From an uncultured Oscillospiraceae bacterium (GTDB taxonomy: Bacteria; Bacillota; Clostridia; Oscillospirales; Oscillospiraceae), in assembly GCA_947626845.1 (NCBI GenBank), contig CANQTW010000009.1, positions 1,850 through 65,849 of the forward strand: a stretch of DNA of 64,000 nucleotides, in the 5' to 3' direction. Under the pieces are notes generated by a model, which was not told the origin of the DNA, did no database searches, and saw only the letters and a list, made by a program, of their open reading frames with translations. A program made the translations under genes and the position numbers. This document shows, in pieces, positions 39,163-48,565 of the stretch. The stretch's first letter is position 1; each line of letters starts with the position of its first letter.

Positions 39163-40587
39163 TCAAACGCTCATTATTTTGGCTCTCCGTGTTCCGGCGT
39201 CCCCCTCCGAAAGCTCCCGGTAGGTGCGCCTGATAAGAAACGCCGCCACCAGGAACGTCAGGGCGTCGGCCAGGGGCATGGAGATCAGCACCCCGTCCAG
39301 GCCCCAGAAAAGCGGCAGGAGCAGGGCGAAGCCCACGCCAAAGACGATCTCACGGATCAGGGACAGGACGGTGGAGGCCAGCGCCTTGCCCAACGCCTGT
39401 AAAAAGATAAAGCAGGCCTTGTTGACGCAGGCAAAGACGATCATGCACAGATACACCCTGAAGGCCCGAAGGGCAAAGGATGTGTAATATACGCTCTCGT
39501 TGGCCGCGCCGAAAAGGGCGATCAGCCGTCCGGGAAACACCTCCACGATGATCAGCGCCGCCAGGCCCACCGCCGCTTCCGCCGTGAGCAGGCGGGTAAA
39601 CAGCTCCCGCACTCTCCCTTTCTCTCCGGCGCCCATGTTGTACCCCGCCACGGGGATGCACCCGGCGGAAAGGCCCACCACGACGGAGATGACGATCTGG
39701 AAGAACTTCATGACGATCCCCACCACCGCCATGGGGATCTGCGCGTACTGCTCCTGCCCGAAGATGGGGTCGAGCGCGCCGTATTTGCGGATCATGTTGT
39801 TGATGGCCGCCATAGCCGCCACCAGGGAGATCTGGGAGAGGAAGCTGGTGACGCCCAGCGTCAGGGTCTTAAGGCAAATCTGCCCGTCCAGGCGGTAATC
39901 CCCTCTTTGGGGCTTCACCAGCTTCATGTGGAAAAGATACCATACGGACAGCGCCGCCGTGACAGCCTGTCCGGCCACCGTCGCCACAGCCGCGCCCATC
40001 ATCCCCCAGCGGAGGACGAAGATAAACACCGGGTCCAGGACGATATTCAGCGCCGCTCCCGCCAGGGTGGACACCATGGCGAAGCGCGGCGACCCGTCGG
40101 CACGGATGATGGGGTTCATGGCCTGGCCGAACATGTAAAAGGGCACCCCCAGCGCGATCCAGAAAAAGTATTCTCTGGCGCAGTCAAAGGTCTCTCGGTT
40201 GACGGTGCCGCCGAACATGGTGATGATAGGCGTCTGAAAGCCCAGATAAACGGCCCCCAGCGCCACGCCGGCCATCAGCACCATCACCACGGCGTTTCCC
40301 ACGCTCCGGCGGGCGGGACCGGCCTCCTCCCGTCCCAAGCTCAGGCTCACAAAGGCGCAGCACCCGTCCCCGATCATCACCGCCACGGCCAGGGCGATGA
40401 CCGTCAGCGGGAACACCACCGTGTTGGCGGCGTTGCCGTAGGAGCCGAGATAGGCGGCGTTGGCAATGAAGATTTGATCCACAATGTTGTACAGCGCGCC
40501 CATCAGGAGCGATATGACGCAGGGCACCGCGTATTTTCCCATCAGCTTCCCCACGCTCTCCGTGCGCAGAAATTCGTTGTTTTCCAT
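39163..40587 (-). CDS. MATE-family efflux transporter
   Basis: 12-TM protein with a MatE N-terminus (AVPCVISLLMGALYNIVDQIFI). ATG at 40587. Confidence 0.9.
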   Translation of the reverse strand: MENNEFLRTESVGKLMGKYAVPCVISLLMGALYNIVDQIFIANAAYLGSYGNAANTVVFPLTVIALAVAVMIGDGCCAFVSLSLGREEAGPARRSVGNAVVMVLMAGVALGAVYLGFQTPIITMFGGTVNRETFDCAREYFFWIALGVPFYMFGQAMNPIIRADGSPRFAMVSTLAGAALNIVLDPVFIFVLRWGMMGAAVATVAGQAVTAALSVWYLFHMKLVKPQRGDYRLDGQICLKTLTLGVTSFLSQISLVAAMAAINNMIRKYGALDPIFGQEQYAQIPMAVVGIVMKFFQIVISVVVGLSAGCIPVAGYNMGAGEKGRVRELFTRLLTAEAAVGLAALIIVEVFPGRLIALFGAANESVYYTSFALRAFRVYLCMIVFACVNKACFIFLQALGKALASTVLSLIREIVFGVGFALLLPLFWGLDGVLISMPLADALTFLVAAFLIRRTYRELSEGDAGTRRAKIMSV

Positions 40588-40627
40588 CAAAACCATTCTT
40601 TCCTCATTACGTCGATCCCCGACGCGC

Positions 40628-40732
40628 AAAAAGCGTGTGGCACGACGCTGGATTTACGCCGTCGGGCCACACGCTTTCATATAAAAACGCGCGGCACCCA
40701 ACCGGATTTACGCATTGAGTGCCACACGTTGT
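40628..40732 (-). ncRNA. structured 5' leader: two tandem terminator-like hairpins sharing the loop GCGUAAAUCC
   Basis: H1 (40688-40728) and H2 (40632-40675) each have about 15 bp of stem, an 11-12 nt loop and a U5 tract. They lie between the promoter and the MATE start codon. Confidence 0.55.
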
Positions 40733-40738
40733 ATTTTT

Positions 40739-40767
40739 ATTATAGCCTCATTTGAAAAAGCCGTCAA
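40739..40767 (-). promoter_or_regulatory. promoter of the MATE gene leader
   Basis: Minus strand: TTGACG - 17 nt - TATAAT. Confidence 0.55.
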
Positions 40768-40800
40768 AGGTGATTTTGAACAAAAATCACGGGGAAGCGC

Positions 40801-42945
<2,145 letters not shown>

Positions 42946-42984
42946 GTTGAATTACCTCCATATGAATAAAAAATGAACGGTATC

Positions 42985-43013
42985 ATTATACCGCCCCCAC
43001 CGCCATGATGCAA
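42985..43013 (-). promoter_or_regulatory. promoter of hppA
   Basis: Minus strand: TTGCAT - 17 nt - TATAAT with an A-rich UP tract. Confidence 0.55.
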
Positions 43014-43061
43014 GAATTTTTTTATTTTTCCTCATTTCTCCGCGCCCAATCGCGGCGAAAT

Positions 43062-43460
43062 GTAGGGGCCGCCGTCCACGGCGGCCCACTGTGGAAAGCC
43101 AGCAGGGAAGCATCCCGTAGGAATGGGGCCCCCGCCGAACATTAGTTCGGTGGGGAGAGGAGGAGCCAAGCCCGCGCCTGAGCCCTGGCGTTTACGCCGG
43201 GGCGAGGTTAAGCGGCTTGAGCGACGACGAGTAGGGGCCGATGACCACATCGGCCCACACGCCGCACTGTCGTATTCCCGTTTCCTCAAATTTCCGGGAA
43301 TTTAATTTCAACGCCGTAGGGGCCGCCTCTCCAGGCGGCCCGTCCCTCGAATTCCCGATAATCTTTCCTAAAACGCTGTACGGGCCGCCGCCCACGGCGG
43401 CCCACCGAATTTCCGAAAATCTTCCCTCATAACCGTACGGGCCGAACACCCGTCCGGCCC
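43062..43460 (+). repeat. array of five same-orientation GTA(G/C)GGGCCG-loop-CGGCCC hairpin repeats
   Basis: Units at 43062-43087, 43231-43256, 43316-43341, 43378-43403 and 43435-43460. The last three are spaced 57-62 nt apart. The first two of these intervals, and a related tract 27 nt upstream of unit 3, carry a GAATT(T/C)CCGA(A/T)AATCTT-like spacer. Confidence 0.8.
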
Positions 43461-43470
43461 GTTCCCGTAC

Positions 43471-44520
43471 CTACTCTGACAAATCCCCTATGTTGAGGGT
43501 CTCACTGGTCAGCCTGTGCGTGCTGTCGAAGTTCACCACAAACTCGACATGATGCAAATCCAGCCCCTCCACGTACTCACGCCCAAAGACAACCGCGTTT
43601 TCCGCCGTTGTCACTTCCTTGGTGGCCAAGAGCTGGGTGTACTCGGACATCTCCGTACCGGTGGGAGTGGCGAACATCTGCACCGACTCAGGCTCACGGC
43701 CACTCCAGCTGACACGGATCGAGCCGATGCTCCCCGCGTCGTACCATCCGGCGTCAGCGGCCATTTCGTTTCCGTCCCGATCCAGCACCTGTATGTCGAT
43801 ATCCCCAATGGAGTAAATGTCCTCTCTGGGCCTTGGTTCCGCGTCGGGGTTGTTGACAAAGCCGTCCTTCTCCCCTATCCGGTAATCATCAAAGACCGCG
43901 AAAAAGGAGCCGTCATCCCGAAGCTCCACCGTCACCGCCTTGACCGCCTTCGCGCCGCCTGCCATGGTGATCTCCATGACGATGATATCGCTCCGCTCCT
44001 CCGCCGGTATCTCCCTGACGGCGTTGTATTGGCCCGATCTCAGGGCGCTTATGATGTTGGCCGGGTTCCAGTCTATGACCAGGAAGCTGTACTCGCTCTC
44101 CCGTTCCCCGTAGGGTACGGTGAAGTTCTGGGCAAAGCCGAACTCGTCCCGCTGTTCTGTCAGATCCACAAAGTTGATGAGCTGGTTCTTCACGGAGAAC
44201 CGTACCTTTTCTATGTTCTCCCCGGTGAGGTAGAACATCAGCGGGTGGCCGGTAAGCTCCCCGTCGTCGCTGATGGTCCCCGTGGTGAAGCTCTGTCCGG
44301 CCTCCGTCAGCTCCGTATCCGTTCCGGCGGCGTAGGCGTAAACCGCGGCCCCCTTGGGCGTCAGGAGCAGCCACGCCCCGCCCGCCAACAGCGCCAGGGC
44401 AAGCGCCGCCGCCACGGAGCGCCATATAACGCTCCTCCTCTTTGTCCGCGCCTTGTACCCCGCCTCTATATGCCTGTCGGCGATGCCGCCCACCGCATCA
44501 GATAGCATCTCTCTGTTCAA
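43471..44520 (-). CDS. single-pass membrane protein cotranslated with an ECF sigma factor (putative anti-sigma/sensor)
   Basis: ATGA overlap with the upstream sigma gene. N-terminal LSDAVGGIADRHIEAG motif, then a TM helix and an extracytoplasmic domain. Confidence 0.55.
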   Translation of the reverse strand: MNREMLSDAVGGIADRHIEAGYKARTKRRSVIWRSVAAALALALLAGGAWLLLTPKGAAVYAYAAGTDTELTEAGQSFTTGTISDDGELTGHPLMFYLTGENIEKVRFSVKNQLINFVDLTEQRDEFGFAQNFTVPYGERESEYSFLVIDWNPANIISALRSGQYNAVREIPAEERSDIIVMEITMAGGAKAVKAVTVELRDDGSFFAVFDDYRIGEKDGFVNNPDAEPRPREDIYSIGDIDIQVLDRDGNEMAADAGWYDAGSIGSIRVSWSGREPESVQMFATPTGTEMSEYTQLLATKEVTTAENAVVFGREYVEGLDLHHVEFVVNFDSTHRLTSETLNIGDLSE

Positions 44521-45071
44521 AGCTCTATTCCCTCCCTGATAAGATAATTTTTCAGTCTGTTCCTGATCCGGTGGAGGCGCACATAGAGGCTGTTGGGCGT
44601 GGTGTGCATCTGTCCGGCCAGATCCTCCACTTTATCCGCGTACCAGTACCGCCGGACGAACAGCACCCTGTCATCAGTGGACAGATCATCCAGAAAGGCA
44701 TCCAGCAGTCGGGTCAGCTCCCGCGCCTCCAGCTGCTCCTCCGGCGTACCGGCCCCGGCCAGGCACTCCTCCAGCTCGTCCAGGACCAGGTCATATCCGC
44801 CGCGCTTTTGCGCCGCGTTGCGGTGGTAGCGCTTTACCGCCAAATTCCGCGCCACCCTGTACACATACGCCCGCAGCGGCTCCGGTCTCCTGGGCGGGAC
44901 GGCGTTCCACACCCCAAGATACGTGTCGTTGACGCACTCTTCAGCGTCGCGCACGTCGCTGAGGATGTTGCCGGCGATCTTCCGGCACCCCGCGCCGTAC
45001 TTTCCCGCAAGCTCCGCAATCGCCCGTTCCGAACGGGCAAACAGCAGCTCTATGATCCCGGCATCCTCCAC
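44517..45071 (-). CDS. ECF-type sigma-70 family RNA polymerase sigma factor
   Basis: Region 2 (DAEECVNDTYLGVW..RNLAVKRYH) and region 4 (LFVRRYWYADKVEDLAGQ..RLHRIRNRL). Confidence 0.85.
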   Translation of the reverse strand: MEDAGIIELLFARSERAIAELAGKYGAGCRKIAGNILSDVRDAEECVNDTYLGVWNAVPPRRPEPLRAYVYRVARNLAVKRYHRNAAQKRGGYDLVLDELEECLAGAGTPEEQLEARELTRLLDAFLDDLSTDDRVLFVRRYWYADKVEDLAGQMHTTPNSLYVRLHRIRNRLKNYLIREGIEL

Positions 45072-45163
45072 GGCTCCTCCCCCTTTCTCTGTTTTTCGAG
45101 AACGTCCTCACTCTATAACTCCCCTTTCGCGCGAAAATCTTACACCTCCGCGCGAAAAAAATC

Positions 45164-45313
45164 GGGCCGCCAAGAGAGGCGGCCCCTGTATCGAATTTCC
45201 GAAATGTTTCGTACAACGCATCTGTAGGGGTCGCCCTCCTGGGCGACCCGTCCATCGATAATTGACCGCCCGGAGGTTCACCGGGACGGGTGGCCGGGGA
45301 CGGCCACCCCTAC
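45164..45313. repeat. three more copies of the same hairpin repeat upstream of the first sigma gene
   Basis: 45164-45190 (inverted orientation), 45224-45249 (forward, GTAGGGGTCGCCCTCCTGGGCGACCC), and 45288-45313 (inverted, overlapping the DUF4358 gene stop codon). Confidence 0.7.
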
Positions 45314-45768
45314 TTCAACCCCTTGACGGCCTCCGGCAGCCGCTTCGGGTTTCCCACCGCCAACAGCACCGTACTGCCCACCCGGTCAATGACAGCCGCC
45401 TCCAGATCGGGTATAGCGCCGGGGGCGTAGAGCCTGCAATTCTCTATCTGGCTCTCCACCCGCCTCCGGCAGGCCTCCTCGGCGGCCCTGGCCGCGTCCT
45501 CGTCCGCCAGGATCAGAACGGTGACCTCGTCGGCGCTGACGGCGGTATCCATGGCCTGAAAGCTCACGTAATCCTTCAGGGACGCCGCGTCGAGGCCGTA
45601 CACCATGGTCACAAAGGCCCCCTCCACTCTCTGCATCTCCCCGTTGAAGGCGCCGGCGTCCACCAGCGCCTGGGCGTCCGCCGTGGTATAGGGCCTCGCC
45701 TCCGTCCCGCAGGCGGCAAGCAGAAGCCCCAGCAGCAGCGCGGCCAATATCGTTTTAAAAGCTTTCAT
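45310..45768 (-). CDS. DUF4358-family lipoprotein
   Basis: Lipobox LLAAC. Start overlaps the upstream stop (ATGA). Family assignment by recall. Confidence 0.6.
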   Translation of the reverse strand: MKAFKTILAALLLGLLLAACGTEARPYTTADAQALVDAGAFNGEMQRVEGAFVTMVYGLDAASLKDYVSFQAMDTAVSADEVTVLILADEDAARAAEEACRRRVESQIENCRLYAPGAIPDLEAAVIDRVGSTVLLAVGNPKRLPEAVKGLK

Positions 45769-46877
45769 TCCTCTGTCCCCTTTTCGTCCGCCCCGCGAAG
45801 CGCGAAGTATGTCTCCCTGTCCATCACGTGACAGCGCAGGTAATCGGCCCATTTTCCATAGCCCCGGACGGTGAAGTGTACCCCGTCGGCGGTAAGCTCC
45901 GCCGGGAGCTGTCCGTCCTCCCCCCGGTAGAGGCTGGCGGTGTCCAGAAGCACCACCCGTTTTTCCTTGGCCACCCGGACGATGGCCCGGTTGAAGGCCT
46001 CTACGTTTTCGTTGTTGATATAGGCGGAAAGCTCTTTCTCCCGCACCTTGACGTCGTTCACCGGCATCAGGGTCTGAAGATACACCACCGCCTCCGGCTG
46101 GATCTTTTGTATCCTGTCCACCAGGGCCGCCAGCGTCGTCTCATAGGAGGCGCTGGAATACCCCAGCTCGTTGATCCCCAGCATCAGATACACCGCCCCG
46201 TATTGCTTTCGGGCCAGAGCCTCCGTCAGGGTGTATTTCTCCCCGTTGACCTCCACCACCCGGTACTTGGCGCTGTCGGCGTGAAAGACCGACATCCCCC
46301 GGTTCCAGAGGAAATCCCCGTGGGTAAGGCCGCTGTACAGCATCAGCCCCTCGGTCCGCGAGTCCCCTAAAAAGACGGCGTTGTCAAAGTAAGTATCCTC
46401 AACGGTTCCGCCCTGCTCCAGGGCCGTGCCAAAGACGTAGCTCTCCGCCGCCGTGACGTCGATAGGCTCCACCTGCACCGGCTTTGCGGTTTCCGGCGGC
46501 GCCGTCTCCTCGCCTGTGTCCGGCGGCGCGGTATCGGGCGCCGCGGTATCCTCGGACGTGTCCGTCGTTGCCGTATCCGCAGACGTGTCAGAGGTATCGG
46601 GGGCGTCCGCCGTTTTGGCGGTGTCCGCTGTGTCAACGGTGTCGGCGGTGTCCTCCGTCGCCGTGTCCCCGGCTTTTTCAAGGCCGCTGTCGCTCCCCGT
46701 ATAGGTTCCCGACGGCCCTCCGCCGTCCTGGTCCGCCCTGGCCTCCATAAGCGCCAGCCCCCCGTAGGTCGCCAGCGCCCCGCAGACCGCCGCCAGCGTG
46801 ACCGTGGCGCACACGATCATCGCCCGCGCCCGCACAGCCCGCTTTTTCTTCTCCTCTTCTCTCATTTCCCTGCCCAT
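45765..46877 (-). CDS. membrane-anchored SGNH/GDSL hydrolase with Asp/Thr-rich repeat linker
   Basis: TM anchor, DT-rich low-complexity linker (aa 70-130), FLGDSRTEG block I, and a GxND-like block. Confidence 0.75.
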   Translation of the reverse strand: MGREMREEEKKKRAVRARAMIVCATVTLAAVCGALATYGGLALMEARADQDGGGPSGTYTGSDSGLEKAGDTATEDTADTVDTADTAKTADAPDTSDTSADTATTDTSEDTAAPDTAPPDTGEETAPPETAKPVQVEPIDVTAAESYVFGTALEQGGTVEDTYFDNAVFLGDSRTEGLMLYSGLTHGDFLWNRGMSVFHADSAKYRVVEVNGEKYTLTEALARKQYGAVYLMLGINELGYSSASYETTLAALVDRIQKIQPEAVVYLQTLMPVNDVKVREKELSAYINNENVEAFNRAIVRVAKEKRVVLLDTASLYRGEDGQLPAELTADGVHFTVRGYGKWADYLRCHVMDRETYFALRGADEKGTEE

Positions 46878-46935
46878 ACAGCCCTCCGGATCAATATCCT
46901 CAACCGCGCGAAACGGCTCGTTTTCTGTTGCCTGT

Positions 46936-46949
46936 TTATGTTAACATAA
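46936..46949. promoter_or_regulatory. perfect 14-bp palindrome TTATGTTAACATAA (candidate operator)
   Basis: It overlaps a candidate minus-strand -10 (TTGTAA - 17 nt - TAACAT) upstream of the SGNH hydrolase operon. The 10-mer TTATGTTAAC recurs at 47028-47037. Confidence 0.4.
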
Positions 46950-47287
46950 CGTTTTTCGGTTTACAATAACAAAGCGAATACAAAATTATGACAAATTGGA
47001 AACACGCCGAACCGCGCCGGCCAATAGTTATGTTAACCAAAATTTTTCAATTATTCCTCCGCCTGAAAAAACCTCCGCTCCATCCCCCGCGCCCCTTTTT
47101 AAGATACCCCCCGCCGGAATCGAAACGGACAGCATTTTGTATCTCTTTCGCATCACCCGGAGATTTTTCTAAAAGGACATGCCCCAAAAACCGGCAGCCG
47201 GATTGACAACGTTTCCAGGATATGCTATCCTTTTTTCACGCTCCGGCGGAAAAAAGCTCGAATCGCGGATAGAAGGAGGAATACACC

Positions 47288-47938
47288 TTGAAAAGAACCT
47301 ATGGCGCCCTGCCTGACTCCATGAGGGATATAGAGCTGTACGGATTCCATTGGATGGAATTTGTGGTGCAGATACCGTCCCCGCTCTATATCATTACCAC
47401 CTATAAAAGTAACGGCCTGACAAATGCCTGTATGCAGTCCTGGACCACCTTCACAGGCGGAAAAAACGGGTTCTATGCCATCGTCTCCTCTGTCAGCAAA
47501 TACGGCCACCTGTACAAGACGCTCCACGAGCGGAAGGACGCCGTCATCAACTTCATGTCCGCCGATCTCTACGACAGGTGTATGGCCACCATACGGCACA
47601 ACCGGTTTGACGAGGACGAGATCGCGGCAGCGGGGTTGACCGCCGCGAAGGCCGATCTGGTAGACGCGCCTATGATCGAGGAATGTTTCATCAATCTTGA
47701 ATGTCAGCTCAAATGGGAAAAGGAGATCGCCGAGGGGGACGATTCTGTTTTAATGTGCCTTGAGATCGTCAACGTCCATATGGACGAACGCCACCTTGAC
47801 GAAAACGACCTGGGTCGAACAGGAAAAACAGGGCTTCTCTATAACATCCACCACCCCATCGACCCTGAGCGGTTCAGCGGCACGGCGCACGATTACGTGG
47901 GCGTTGTGGAGAAAATTCGCGACTACGCGGAGTATTGA
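47288..47938 (+). CDS. flavin reductase-like FMN-binding protein
   Basis: TTG start preceded by AAGGAGGA. Flavin_Reduct-like core. Confidence 0.7.
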   Translation: MKRTYGALPDSMRDIELYGFHWMEFVVQIPSPLYIITTYKSNGLTNACMQSWTTFTGGKNGFYAIVSSVSKYGHLYKTLHERKDAVINFMSADLYDRCMATIRHNRFDEDEIAAAGLTAAKADLVDAPMIEECFINLECQLKWEKEIAEGDDSVLMCLEIVNVHMDERHLDENDLGRTGKTGLLYNIHHPIDPERFSGTAHDYVGVVEKIRDYAEY

Positions 47939-47983
47939 CGCCGGTAAACCAGGAAAGATACTTCCCTATTTTCTTAAAAAGCG

Positions 47984-48021
47984 AGCCGTAAGAAGGCGGA
48001 ATGTCCGGCCTTTTTACGGCT
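47984..48021 (+). terminator. terminator after the flavin reductase gene
   Basis: Nested stems AGCCGTAA..TTACGGCT and AAGGCGGA..TCCGGCCTT, with a TTTTT tract. Confidence 0.5.
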
Positions 48022-48067
48022 CTTTGGATTTATACAAAAATTAAATTAAAAATACTTAAAATAATAC

Positions 48068-48096
48068 TTGACATATGCTTTATCTTGTGCTATAAT
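48068..48096 (+). promoter_or_regulatory. orphan near-consensus promoter B (no downstream plus-strand gene)
   Basis: TTGACA - 17 nt - TGcTATAAT with an A/T-rich UP tract. 31/39 positions are identical to promoter A. Confidence 0.55.
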
Positions 48097-48220
48097 GCGA
48101 TTGTAACCGAATAGAGGGCAAAAGAGCTTCGGCGGAAAAGGGTTTTTCCGGCGGTGTAATAAGTATACCCTGAAGCAGAATGTCAAGCGCACTCAAGGCG
48201 GCGTTTTACCCACGCAAAAA

Positions 48221-48565
48221 TCAGGTGACGCCGATCTCCTTGATGTTGAACTCCCTCCCCTGGACAAGGTAGGTATTGCCGGAGCCGCAGTGGGGGCAGA
48301 TTTTGGCGTATTTCACCGTCTCGTAGTCCTCCCCGCAGTCCTCACAGTGGGTGACGGCGGGGATCTCCTCGATGATAAGCTCCGCCCCGTCCATGATAGG
48401 CTCCTTTTTCACCGCCCATTTCCAGCAGTCCCGCAAGAGGTCGTGGACCACGCCGGTGACCTCGCCGATCTCCAGCGTGACGGTCTGTACGCGCTCCGCG
48501 CGGTTCTCCTCCGCCACTTTTTTCACATCGCGGATAACGTAGAACACAACGCCCAGCTCGTGCAT
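48221..48565 (-). CDS. hypA: nickel metallochaperone HypA
   Basis: MHELGV N-terminus (MHE nickel site) and a zinc site CEDCG..CPHCG. The ATG overlaps the upstream stop codon (TAATG). Confidence 0.85.
   Translation of the reverse strand: MHELGVVFYVIRDVKKVAEENRAERVQTVTLEIGEVTGVVHDLLRDCWKWAVKKEPIMDGAELIIEEIPAVTHCEDCGEDYETVKYAKICPHCGSGNTYLVQGREFNIKEIGVT

Noticed and set aside
40677-40715. 12-codon leader peptide (MRKSGWVPRVFI) starting in the loop of hairpin H1 of the MATE leader
   Set aside because: No Shine-Dalgarno sequence precedes it, and the ATG is not present in the paralogous loop of H2. I did not use it as evidence for ribosome-mediated attenuation, although that mechanism cannot be excluded.
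43062-43460. Possible CRISPR array, because of regularly recurring hairpin repeats
   Set aside because: Only the outer bases of each unit are conserved and the interiors vary, which is the opposite of CRISPR repeats. Spacing is irregular (169, 85, 62, 57 nt). The spacers are themselves semi-conserved, and no cas genes are in the window.
46988-47206. 72-aa ORF in the SGNH hydrolase / flavin reductase gap
   Set aside because: The peptide is Pro/Arg-rich with no RBS. The region is better explained as promoter and operator DNA.
48180-48272. Small plus-strand ORF (MSSALKAAFYPRKNQ...) downstream of orphan promoter B
   Set aside because: No RBS, and it overlaps the hypA 3' end on the opposite strand. 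The composition is not coding-like.
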